From an uncultured virus (IMG/VR IMGVR_UViG_3300025870_000001) (taxonomy: Duplodnaviria > Heunggongvirae > Uroviricota > Caudoviricetes), in the IMG/VR virus record IMGVR_UViG_3300025870_000001: a stretch of 64,000 nucleotides of DNA. One strand, given 5' to 3'. Both the position numbers and the translations under genes were made by a program. Under the pieces are notes generated by a model that was given only the letters and a program-made list of their open reading frames with translations, searched no databases and had not been told where the DNA came from. Numbering within the stretch: the stretch's first letter is position 1; each line of letters opens with the position of its first letter. Positions 9,731-20,800 of the stretch are shown here, piece by piece.

Positions 9731-10021
9731 TCAACCGCCCGCAAATACATTACCAGAACCACTGGCAACAGCAGAACCGCAAGCAACTGGATCACCTATT
9801 CTTCCTACAGGTTTGCCGTTCGCAAACACAGTACTCGATCCCCCACCAAGCACAGAACCATGACATGAAGGCCTTGGGTTGCAATGTACGGCCCATCCAT
9901 CACCTTTTCTATGCACGCCAATGCCATTGACGAACACATTTCCACTTCCGCCCGTATTATTTCTTGGTGGATATGCACCATGTCCTGTGCATGTGTCTCC
10001 TAATCTAGTTACAGCTGGCAT
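9731..10021 (-). CDS. PAAR-domain spike tip protein (T4 gp5.4-like)
   Basis: MPAVTRLGDTCTGHG...VFVNGIGVHRKGD...HC...CH...VFANGKPVGRIGDPVACGSAVASGSGNVFAGG: classic PAAR with metal-binding His/Cys. Confidence 0.95.
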   Translation of the reverse strand: MPAVTRLGDTCTGHGAYPPRNNTGGSGNVFVNGIGVHRKGDGWAVHCNPRPSCHGSVLGGGSSTVFANGKPVGRIGDPVACGSAVASGSGNVFAGG

Positions 10022-13000
10022 AAACTGGATACCCCCTTATTTCTCTTATATCATCTGTGTTATCGTAAAATGTTTTCTCATCTACATTAAAATTACAATT
10101 CAATTTAAAGTTTCCATTTTCATCTGATATATCTTCAAGGTATTTAAATCTATTGTCTTGTGTAATATCAATTGGAAATGTTTTCTTAAAATATTCTAAA
10201 TCAATTGAATTTAAAACTCTATTATTTACAATATAATTATTAGAAAATTTAGTTTCCTTGAACACAACCGAGTCTATAAATGCTTCATAATCATTTCTCT
10301 GTTCCAAATCGTTATATTCTCTAATTCCGATTAATAAATTCTTTTTATACAAATAATCTACAATATCGATTTTGGAATCCCTAAAGTCTTTTATTATCTC
10401 TAACATTTCTTCATCTATACTAGAATTATTTATATTAGGATCATACCTAAATTGCTCATCTTTTCTTCTAGACTCTAGCCATTCGCGCCGAGAGGCAAAA
10501 TCGGTATCGTCTATTTCTTCAGACTTATATAAAAATAAATCTCTATCAAACGAAAAATTATTATAAATCTTAAATACTACTGTAATTTCTTTTACTACTG
10601 CGCCAGAATTATCTATTACAAAATCGTCTACATAAAATGTTAAATTATCTTCATTTCTAACAACCTCTAAAACAACACTTTCTGATGTAGTAACTTTGGC
10701 AATAACTTCATTGTCTATTCCTGTAGAATTGATATTGTCTAAAAGAGATTGATTGCTATCTCTTTTTTCGATCAATACTTCTTTTTCTTGAATAGTTTCG
10801 GCAAAAATTATTTGTTGATCTAAACTTGATATATTAGTGGATAAAATAGAACTAGATGTGATAGATACATCTTCTACTGTTCTCTCGACACGATTTATGT
10901 CTATATCTCCTATCAATCTTTCTATTTCATGTCTAATTATTGTTACTACTTCAGTTCCAGAACCCAAATTAACTGATCTTTGAAATTCTCCTAACTTTGC
11001 TCCAACAAAAAAAGTAGTATCTCCTTGTGTAATCTCTTGGCCCGGAACAAATTCTCTTCCACTATTATCAGTAGGAATTAAATCAATTGTTCCTTTTGTG
11101 ATGTTTGTTCCAAGAATTTTTACAGAAAATTCTCTAGGAGAAATTGGATTGAAATCTGTATAATCGTAATCTAAGCTTTCGTTGTGGGATATAAAGTTAC
11201 CTTCATTATCCGTGAACCCCTGTGTCTTTGTCCACTCTTCGAATGCATATTCTCTCAAAAATTTATCTGTCTCTGATAGTGTACCAGATATAACCCCTTC
11301 GGTAGACAAGTTAAGACAATCTGGCAATCTTCCAGAAGATTCGTCAATTTGATATATGAAGTTGAAGTTTGAATTTTCTCTATTAAATCCCCACACTTCA
11401 TTTTTAGTACTGGCCAAATCCAGATCCCATTCAACATCAGAAAACTCAAACAAAAAGCTTGAGTTTATATCAGTTACTTCTTGAGTTTCTTTGTATATTC
11501 CTGTCTCGTGTCTGCCAGATCGGCCGGGAGCAGGAAAGCCTTCATTTTCTTTTCCATAATCAATCTTTGAAGCTTTCATGAAATTTAGATTAAAATTGCC
11601 TACAGGAATTGTCTCGTGGCCATAGGCATTTGAACCATCAGATCTAATATGCCCAGATGTAATTTTATCATAAAACGTTGGCTGAAATTTATTAACGTCA
11701 AATATATTAGAAGATATTCCAATAAAAGAATCAAAGAAAAATTCTATTACTCTGTCCACTACCCTAAAGTTTGGCCTGAATATTTCTTCTAACATCTGTT
11801 TTCCAAAAATATTCGTTTTTGGTGGAACGATCGCAGAAGTATGTAAAAAGAACTGTTCTATCATATAAGAAACATCAGTATTCTCAAGTTCAAAGTTGCT
11901 AAATTTTAAATTAGAATTCCACATGTCAATATCAACAAAAAATAATTTATGTATATATGTTTTATCTAAGGTTTCAGTGTAGTATGGCAAAACTTTAAAC
12001 TGCACATCTTTTGTCTGTTCAAAGAATAATCCCTTAACCGATTCATATTCAACCATAGATACGCTTCGATATAAACTCTTATCCAAAATATTAAATGTTT
12101 GTTTAAATTCATAAAATGGAGAAGACGCAAAATCAGCTGCATCAAAAGTTCTCGAATACTCTCTATTATCAAATGCAAAATCTTTTGCAATTTCTGAAAA
12201 CCTTTTAAAATTGTCAGCAGAGTCTATATATTTTTGAAATCCATAATTAATTGGGATAGTTTTATCTCTTGGTTTTCCAATATAAAGCGATTTTGTGATA
12301 TCTCTTAAATAATCAACAGGCCTGAAGAAATATAATCCTTTCTGAGTATCTAATACTAAATCTTGTTCTGATAAAATATTTTTAGAAGAATTTAATTCGT
12401 AACCATATTTTTTGGTTGTATTTAAGTCTGTCATACCAACAAACTCAGACAGAGTTAAATCTTTCAATCCAAAATCTATTCCCCCAACAAAATCACTTTG
12501 TTGATATTCAAAACTATATTTTATATTCATCAACGAAACATCTATGGTGTTATCTACTATACTTTCCTTTATAGAAAGACCGTCAGCTTGGCTTTCTATG
12601 ATAGAAGAAGTTTTAGTAAGTGATTCCATGAATTGTTTAAAAGTATCTGCTCCGTCAATATTTTCAATAATCTTTTGTCTATCAAACATTTCTGATGATA
12701 CTGAATTGAATTCAGATACAACATTTATTAAACTGAGTCCACCGTATAGCTGAATATCAATATTTTCTGTAAGATATTCTTGACGAGCACCAGTGAATGG
12801 GGAAAACTCAAATGTGGTTTTCTTGGGCATCAGTATCATATCTAAATTTGTATATTCTAGAATAGTTCCGCCATATAAAGAAGGCCTAATAAGATCAACA
12901 AAATCTTGATTATCTTCTTCCGCATTATAGAGTTCGAATGTGTATGTTTTGTATTTTTCAACAACAACATCATTTCCATTTTCTATAAAATATCTTTCCG

Positions 13001-14873
13001 CTGTAATTGATTCTATAAATTCAAAATTTTCTTTTGGATTTCGTGTGTAAGTTTCTACTGCTGCTTGTTCCATGGCAAAACCACCAACAAACAGCTGTCC
13101 TTGTTTGACAGTACTTAAAGAAACTCCACCTTCTAATAATGGATCGAAATTAATATTACTGAAAGATGCATTTCTTTGAGAGAAAGTTGAAAATCCAAAT
13201 CTAGAATTAATAAACCTTTTAGTATCTTCATATTCATTTAAATCTATTTCTATTACCGTTTGAAGGTCAATAGTAGTAGAATTCATCTGACTTGTGTATA
13301 CTTTAACAATGTTTTGGTTTTTTTCTACTCTTATCTTAGAACCAGTTGGACTTTGATCCCATCCACCAGCAGTATCTAGAGGGTTTGCTGGTGGCAGTTC
13401 ATTAGTCCACATATGACTACTTACATGACTTGATATAATGTTACCACTAAAATTGATAGACTGGCCGATGTTTGTAGCTAACATCCAAGTTTCTCCACCA
13501 AACATGCCGCCTTGAGTTCTAACAGCACTCAAAGTATACTCATAATCATCTTCTTTTACGTAGCCAACTATCACACCAATAGTATCATCGTCCTGAGCAG
13601 ATGAATTAATATCTACTTCCAGATTAAAAGAATCTATGGGTGATGGAGAAACAAATCCAATATACGACCTAGAATTTTCAGTAGATTTTATATTGTCATT
13701 AGAATCTACTGTCCAAGAATCCAATTCGCTTGGTCTATTTGGATATGTTGCAATTCCATTTGTCGGTAATGGGCCATGGGAAAACCTATGCCAAGAATTT
13801 AAAATACCATATGAATTTACACCAGTGGTTCTAGGCTGCACATCCAAGACACCATTTGTCAATCCATCCAAAGAAGTTAGAAATGTTATTTCCAGTTTTC
13901 TAGTAATTTCTCTATGTTTTACTAGTCTATAGGTGAAATCAGTTTCATGTAATAATTGAACTCCATCTATCTCAATAGTAAATGGTCTAGTATTAATATT
14001 ATCATTATCAATCCAATCATCGATTGAACTAACCCATATATTAGATGAATATACGCCATCATTAACAATATGAAAATTTTCTGTGTATTCGCCCGAATTT
14101 ATATCAAATGGATTTTCTATTATATCTGGAATTCTTTCAAACCCAAACCAAAGTAGACATCTTCCGGTGGGGATATCGATATCTCTAATGTTTATAGATA
14201 AATTATTCCAACCAATATCGTTTTCAACATCAAAGTCATAGGAAGCTACTAATTGAGAAGAAAGACCAGAATGAAATTCATCCAAATTGTTTATTGCATC
14301 CTCATATTCGTCAAGACTTCTATATACATGTATACGCAATCTTGGATTTGAAGTTTGAATATTTGTTGCATTTATCGAAAAATGGAAAGCATCATTTACA
14401 GTTTCTTCGACTAACTGATAATCTTGAACGTGTTCGACAGGTTTGGTTGCAGTTTTTCTGAAATCTCCTTCCAATACGATGAATGCGGCAGATTCTTTAT
14501 TTTTTTGATTTTGCCTTGATTGCCATTGCCCAGCATACATTTCATCGAAAAGAGAAATATATGAATTTGGATCTGGAGCCTCAATATTAGAATAATTTTC
14601 AGAAGTTTCTGTTCCCACTTGTACATAATTACTAGTACTTGCTTCTCTATAATCAACTTCTAGATAATTATAAATTAAATTGGATCGTATAACCTTGTAT
14701 GGCTTATACATCTGCAGAGGATCTAATGCATTTGCATTTCCTCTATCATTCTCTGGATAATAGTAATTTATATACTGCAACTCAACTTCAGTTGCAGAAT
14801 CAAAAATTATATTGTCTACTCTTCTCGTACTGGCCTTTACTGCTGGCCCGCCACGAATTGTAATTTGAGGCAT
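10005..14873 (-). CDS. Large virion-associated protein with a lectin/thrombospondin-C-like domain and an Ig-like motif (1622 aa)
   Basis: DDDTIGVIVGY...FGFSTFSQ lectin-like segment (~13145-13730); SSGRLPDCLNLSTEGVISGT putative-Ig motif; 3' end overlaps the PAAR start by 17 nt. Confidence 0.55.
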   Translation of the reverse strand: MPQITIRGGPAVKASTRRVDNIIFDSATEVELQYINYYYPENDRGNANALDPLQMYKPYKVIRSNLIYNYLEVDYREASTSNYVQVGTETSENYSNIEAPDPNSYISLFDEMYAGQWQSRQNQKNKESAAFIVLEGDFRKTATKPVEHVQDYQLVEETVNDAFHFSINATNIQTSNPRLRIHVYRSLDEYEDAINNLDEFHSGLSSQLVASYDFDVENDIGWNNLSINIRDIDIPTGRCLLWFGFERIPDIIENPFDINSGEYTENFHIVNDGVYSSNIWVSSIDDWIDNDNINTRPFTIEIDGVQLLHETDFTYRLVKHREITRKLEITFLTSLDGLTNGVLDVQPRTTGVNSYGILNSWHRFSHGPLPTNGIATYPNRPSELDSWTVDSNDNIKSTENSRSYIGFVSPSPIDSFNLEVDINSSAQDDDTIGVIVGYVKEDDYEYTLSAVRTQGGMFGGETWMLATNIGQSINFSGNIISSHVSSHMWTNELPPANPLDTAGGWDQSPTGSKIRVEKNQNIVKVYTSQMNSTTIDLQTVIEIDLNEYEDTKRFINSRFGFSTFSQRNASFSNINFDPLLEGGVSLSTVKQGQLFVGGFAMEQAAVETYTRNPKENFEFIESITAERYFIENGNDVVVEKYKTYTFELYNAEEDNQDFVDLIRPSLYGGTILEYTNLDMILMPKKTTFEFSPFTGARQEYLTENIDIQLYGGLSLINVVSEFNSVSSEMFDRQKIIENIDGADTFKQFMESLTKTSSIIESQADGLSIKESIVDNTIDVSLMNIKYSFEYQQSDFVGGIDFGLKDLTLSEFVGMTDLNTTKKYGYELNSSKNILSEQDLVLDTQKGLYFFRPVDYLRDITKSLYIGKPRDKTIPINYGFQKYIDSADNFKRFSEIAKDFAFDNREYSRTFDAADFASSPFYEFKQTFNILDKSLYRSVSMVEYESVKGLFFEQTKDVQFKVLPYYTETLDKTYIHKLFFVDIDMWNSNLKFSNFELENTDVSYMIEQFFLHTSAIVPPKTNIFGKQMLEEIFRPNFRVVDRVIEFFFDSFIGISSNIFDVNKFQPTFYDKITSGHIRSDGSNAYGHETIPVGNFNLNFMKASKIDYGKENEGFPAPGRSGRHETGIYKETQEVTDINSSFLFEFSDVEWDLDLASTKNEVWGFNRENSNFNFIYQIDESSGRLPDCLNLSTEGVISGTLSETDKFLREYAFEEWTKTQGFTDNEGNFISHNESLDYDYTDFNPISPREFSVKILGTNITKGTIDLIPTDNSGREFVPGQEITQGDTTFFVGAKLGEFQRSVNLGSGTEVVTIIRHEIERLIGDIDINRVERTVEDVSITSSSILSTNISSLDQQIIFAETIQEKEVLIEKRDSNQSLLDNINSTGIDNEVIAKVTTSESVVLEVVRNEDNLTFYVDDFVIDNSGAVVKEITVVFKIYNNFSFDRDLFLYKSEEIDDTDFASRREWLESRRKDEQFRYDPNINNSSIDEEMLEIIKDFRDSKIDIVDYLYKKNLLIGIREYNDLEQRNDYEAFIDSVVFKETKFSNNYIVNNRVLNSIDLEYFKKTFPIDITQDNRFKYLEDISDENGNFKLNCNFNVDEKTFYDNTDDIREIRGYPVYASCN

Positions 14874-14879
14874 GTTTAA

Positions 14880-17800
14880 TTATCCAAAAAATCTATTACT
14901 ATCATTTCTATCTATAAAGGGTCCAACTGGTTGGTTTGTATTTTTGTCCAGTATAGGAACCAATGTATATAATTTATCTTCTCCAGTTCTCATTATAATT
15001 ATCCCTTTTTCAGAACTAAAGTCATCTAGTGCTTCTGAAATTGGCGGAGACAATTCCGGCAATTCGCTTTCATTTCCACCCCCTGTTGGTGCTGAAGTTA
15101 TTGGATCTTCTGCCGGCGGTTGAGCAATTACAGGATTTTGATCTGCTTCTTCGCTTGGTGGTGAATTGATAAACTCTTCCGTTTCAGTTTCATCTGTCGC
15201 AACATTATTAACAGTACTTTCAGTTTCAGTTTCATCAGCTGATGGGCGCAATTCTATTGCCGCATCTACAGAAATATCTACGGATAATCTTGGTCTTGTT
15301 TCTTGATCCTCTGGTTCGTCAATACTTGTTGTTGGTGGTAAAGTTGCATCTTCAGAATCATCACTCAATTCAACTACGTCAACAATGGCTGTTTCTGTAT
15401 CGTCTTCTGACAACACAGGCGGAACCGTAGAATCTCCAAGGTCAGTATCTCCAATGGAAGAAACAGTATTGTCTGAAACTCTATCTTCGTCAGCTGTTGA
15501 TATAACTGCACCCTGATCTAAAGATGCATCATCATCTGATACGAATTGTATCGATTCTTGATCGCTTTCATCTTCATCAGTGAGAGTAGATACGCCCTGA
15601 TCTGTTGGAGTTTCGACATCTATCTGGACGCTTGATGATTGTTCGTTTGTAGTTTCTTCTACGACACCTGTAGCTTGAGATATTTCTTCTTGTTCGTCTA
15701 CAGATGATACAAAAGGAACGTCGGCATTATTTTGGGAGTCTTGGTCGCTTGAAAGTTTTAAATCTTCATCGTCAGCAATCTCAGAACCCTCTTCAGTCAC
15801 CAACTCTGTTATTTCCACCACATTTCCATCAGTTACTGGTGGAGTAGTATTATCTACTTCGGGCGTATCCGTTAATACACCAACAGCTGTGTCATCAAGG
15901 CCTTCACCTTCTAATATTTGTGTAGTTTCTGTATCGTTCTCTTCACTAAAGGCTTGAGATTGTGACGAATCTGTGGCATCAGTTCTATCATCAGTTGATA
16001 CCTCAATAGCATCCGTGGCATCAATTCGTTCATCTACGAGTGCGCCAGTAGCATCTGTAGAATCAACTCTATTATCCGTCAATCCTTCTACGGCATCTGT
16101 ATCATCAATTCTTTCATCAACAAGTGCTCCAATAGAATCTGTATCATCTGAACGTTCATCTTCTAATGCTACTATGCCTTCGCTAACGTCTGTTCTTCCA
16201 TCGGTAAGTGCCTCTACCGAATCTGTAGAATCTATTCTATCATCGGTTAGTGCTGCAACTGAATCTGTTTCTTCCGTTCTTTCATCGGTAAGTGCCTCTA
16301 CCGAATCTGTAGAATCTATTCTATCATCGGTTAGTGCTGCAACCGAATCTGTTTCTTCTGTTCTGGCATCATCTTGTGCCCCTAAAATTGTAACTTCGTC
16401 TTGACTATCATCAGTGAGCGCAGCTATAGAATCGGTATCATCAAACCTCTGGTCAGTTTGTGCTTCGATAGAATCTGTATTATCCTGTCTTTCGTCAGAA
16501 TTTAATGTAGATGGGCCAGAAGTGTCTTCTGTGGATGTTTCTGTAGAACCGACTGGTAAAGTATTATCATCCGTTTCTGTGCTAGTCAAGACACTTTCTG
16601 CTGAAGTATCGCCTAGATCATCAGTTCCTGATAAGCTGATAATACTATCATCAATATTATCTGAAATGCCTGTTGTGATTGCAGTAGTATCATCTACATT
16701 ATCATCTGTTACAGTGCTAACAATAGAAGATTCATCTAATCTTACATCAATATCAACTTCAATAAAATCAGACTCGTCTGTTGGTATTTCCGAAGAAACA
16801 TCCGTAATAATTAATTGGTCAGAAACATTTTCATCTGCTGCCGCAATTGCATCAGTATCGTCTACAGAACCTTGCTCGCCCTCTATACCGATAGATGTAT
16901 CATCTTCTTCGGTTTCATCTCCCGATACTGATATTGTAGAATTATCGATAGAATCATTATCTGTAGCTGCAACAGCATCAGTTCCATCTCCTATACCATC
17001 TCCATCAATAAGAACTTCGCCTTGAGCATCTGTAGGAATTTCTGTAGGAATTACTCCCTGCCCACTTGCATCTGCCGGAATTTCTGATATAGAAGACACT
17101 GCTATAGATTCTTCATCACTCTCATCCGAGTCGATAGAAATATCCACTGAAGAATCTATAGTAGTAGCTGATACGGAAGAAGTCTCTGCTGCAGAATCTT
17201 CTGCAGATTCATTATCTGATTGTAATATATCAGAATTGTCTTCTGAAATTTCTGCGCTAACTAAATTATCCAGAGAACTATCTTCTGGAGTTTCGTCTGA
17301 TATTTGCAAATCAACTAATGTATCATCTACAACATTGCCATCTGTCAAAGATACATCTGAAGTATCTACCTCTGATTCTGATGCAGAAAGTATCGCATCA
17401 GTATCATCGACTGCAGAAACAGTTGCAGTTTCAATTGCATCAGTATCATCAGGAGTTTCCGTATCGGTAGACTTTGCAATATCAATTTCATCCAACAATT
17501 GATCTGAATCTGTTATATCTTCTGTAGATAATTCTTCTATATTCTCAGCTGAGGTAGATTTAACTGTTTCGCTATCACCAATATTTTCAGTTGTTGTTGA
17601 TATATCTCCAGATAATTCCAATACTTCTTCACCGTCTGTCAAGACAACTGTAGATGTGTCATCGATAGAATCGATATCGCCCACAAGCAAGGAAGAGTTT
17701 TCTTCTACCTCTTCTCTATCAATCTGGCCTATTGCAGAACTATCTTCAGATGTCGTAGAATCTGAAAAAATATTATCTGTTGTTTCTTCTACATTTTCAT

Positions 17801-20800
17801 CTGCGATAGTTAATACTGATGTGTTATCACCAACTTCTTCAGATGTTGCTAAAATCCCTTCGTTGGTTTCTCCAACTTCTTCCGCGGCCGCAGCTGATGG
17901 GGATGTGTCATCTAGTGACCCTATATCATTTACTGATAAGGTTTCTGGAATATCTTCTACTTGTTCATCATCAACTATAGATATTTCAGAAACATCGCTC
18001 GTTTCTTCAGAAGATAATGATAAAGATTCTGAACTATCTTCTACATCTGCACTATCGCCAGCAATAATCGCGGAAGTATCTTCTGCCGCTTCTGCAGTTA
18101 CCTCTATGGATTCTGAACTATCTTCTACATCTGCACTATCGCCAGCAATAATCGCGGAAGTATCTTCTGTCGCTTCTACAGTTACCTCTATGGATTCTGA
18201 ACTATCCTCTACGCCTATAGAATCTCCAATAGAGATTGTAGAAGTATCTTCTGGTGCTTCTACAGTTACCTCTATGGATTCTGAACTATCCTCTACGCCT
18301 ATAGAATCTCCAATAGAGATTGTAGAAGTATCTTCTGGCGTCTCTGTTGGGGCTGTTTTAGATTCTGAACTATCATCTACATCTGTGGCCACGGGTGGTA
18401 TGATAGATGAAGTGTCTTCGGGTACATTGCTAGTAAGAAGTGAAGATTCAGTACTGTCAGTTGGAAGTTCTGATGGTGTTTCGGCGGATACTGTGAGATC
18501 GTCGGCGGCTTCGGTTGCTAAAACTGAAGGATCAGTGTTATCTTGTACGTTGTTTGCTGCTGCTAATAGAGTTTCAGTATCATCTTCTGATGTTTGAGAA
18601 GCGAGTATAAATTCTCCAGATTCGTCAGGGATTTCATCAACAGTAGAAGCTGTTTCAAAAGACGAATCTTGTGGTATTTCTGAATTTAAAATTTCATTTT
18701 CAGTTATATCTGGTATGTTTTCTGATGTATCAGAAGTTTTGGCAATATCATCCTGATTGACATTAGTTGATGTGACAAAATCGAATGAAGAATCGTCAGC
18801 AATATTTGAAGGTGCTTCTATCGTGTCTGTCGTATCTAAGCTCTCACCCGCCTCCGCGGCCGAAATAAATGAATTTTCATCTACATTTTCCGAATCTATA
18901 ACAGATGGTATAGAATCGTCTGGAACTTCTCCACTAGAGGAAATTGTTTCTGCAGAATTTTCATCTACATTTTCTGAATCTATAACAGATGGTATAGAAT
19001 CGTCTGGAACTTCTCCACTAGAGGAAATTGTTTCTGCAGAATTTTCATCTACATTTTCATCTGCAACTACAATAATATTAGATTGATCAGCATCATCATT
19101 AGCAGATGAGGAAACTATAAAACTATCCTCATCAACATTCTCTGATGCCACACCTAAAGCAATGTCGGTATCTTGTACATTTTCAGAAGATGATAAACTT
19201 TCTGATGTAACTTCGGGAGTAGTATCTTCGCCTAATGTTGATGATAGTGAAAGGTCTTCTAATTGATCAGAACTAGCAATAATAGAATCTGTTGAATCTT
19301 CTGGAACTTCGGCATTTTCATTTGAAATGGTAGATGCATCATTGCTTTCGGAATCTGAAACTGATGTGAACGAAGAGAAATCTTCAGAAGTTTCTGTGGT
19401 TGTAGTTATTTCTGGGGAAAAATCATCTGATGTCTCTGTAGACCCAACAACAAAATCTGTATTATCTACTGTATCATCTGCCCCAGCGTTTATTTCCGCA
19501 CTGCCAGTTATTTTATCTTGAGCTTCGGCGATATCTACACTTTCGCTAGTTTCTCTAACATCTAGAAAGCTAGCAATTTCTTCTTGTTCTGTCTGTTGTA
19601 GCGCAGTTTCGACAAAAGTTTCAATATCTTCTACAAGGGTTTTATCTTGTAAATTAAAGGTTTCTTCAATTTCAGATATTGGAGTATCTAAAAGAGTATT
19701 TACAAATACATCCGTAAAATAATTCTGTGTAGTAGTGGATATATTTTCAGTTATGGACTGAGCAGTTAAATCCTGTAAAGCTTCTATCTCTACAACACTC
19801 TGAACACTATTTTCGATAAAAGACTGTAGTTCTGCAATTGATAGTATATTTGTATTTTTTAATTCATCAACATCAATAAAATTAGATAGATTTTGAATAA
19901 TAAAATCAATAGTTAATTTTTCGCTAAAGCTCTCCAACTGAGATAGGAAAGAATTTTCAGTCTGTTCGATTAAGTCTGCTAACTTGAGGTCAGAATTTTC
20001 TGATAACTCTCCTATTAGTTGCTCTATAAGATTTGATTTTTCAAGATTTTCATCATATTCTGAATTTAATGTGGATACTGTTTCTATATTTTCTGTGGGA
20101 GCTATTTCGGATAGCGATTGTGTCTCAGAAAATTCTGTTAGATCTAAAGTTGACTGGTCTTCTTTTTCAGTAGAATTTATAAACTTCGCATCGGAAGATG
20201 TAATATTCTCAACAACTTCGGTAGAAGAGATTTCAGAAATAGATATAGTTTCACTAGTCTCTGTCGCAGATGTTTCTTTTGTGTCTGCAGTTTCACTAGT
20301 CTCTGTCGCAGATGTTTCTTTTGTGTCTGCAGTTTCTAAAACTTCGGTAGAAGAGATTTCGGAAATGGATATAGTTTCACTAGTCTCTGCTGTAGATGTT
20401 TCTTTTGTAACAGAAGATTCTACAGTTTCTTTTGTTTCAATTTCTGATACATCACTTATATCAGAAATTTCAGTAGATTCTAAATTTGAGGCCTCAATAG
20501 TCTCAACGCTTTCCAATGATGTTATCTGAGAAATATCTAGCTCTTCGATAGTTTCAGTAACATCTATTCCAATAGCAGAATTAGATTCATTTTCTTCAAT
20601 TGTGCCAAGATCACTAATCGCCTGCGTTTCCACAGTATCTGTAATCGTCTGTTCTTCTGTAGATATAGTTTCCGATTCTTCGGTAGTTTCAATATCTGAT
20701 ATTGCAATAATTTCAGTATTTTCTATTGCTGCAAGGTCAGATAATCCCAATTCTTCAGTTTCTTCTACAGAAACTATAGAAGAAGTTTCAGTAACTTCAG

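Noticed and set aside
1512..10434. Intragenic TATAAATA hits at 1512, 9057 and 10427 (minus strand)
   Set aside because: Several chance matches are expected in 64 kb of AT-rich DNA, and these are 300-400 nt from the next start codon.
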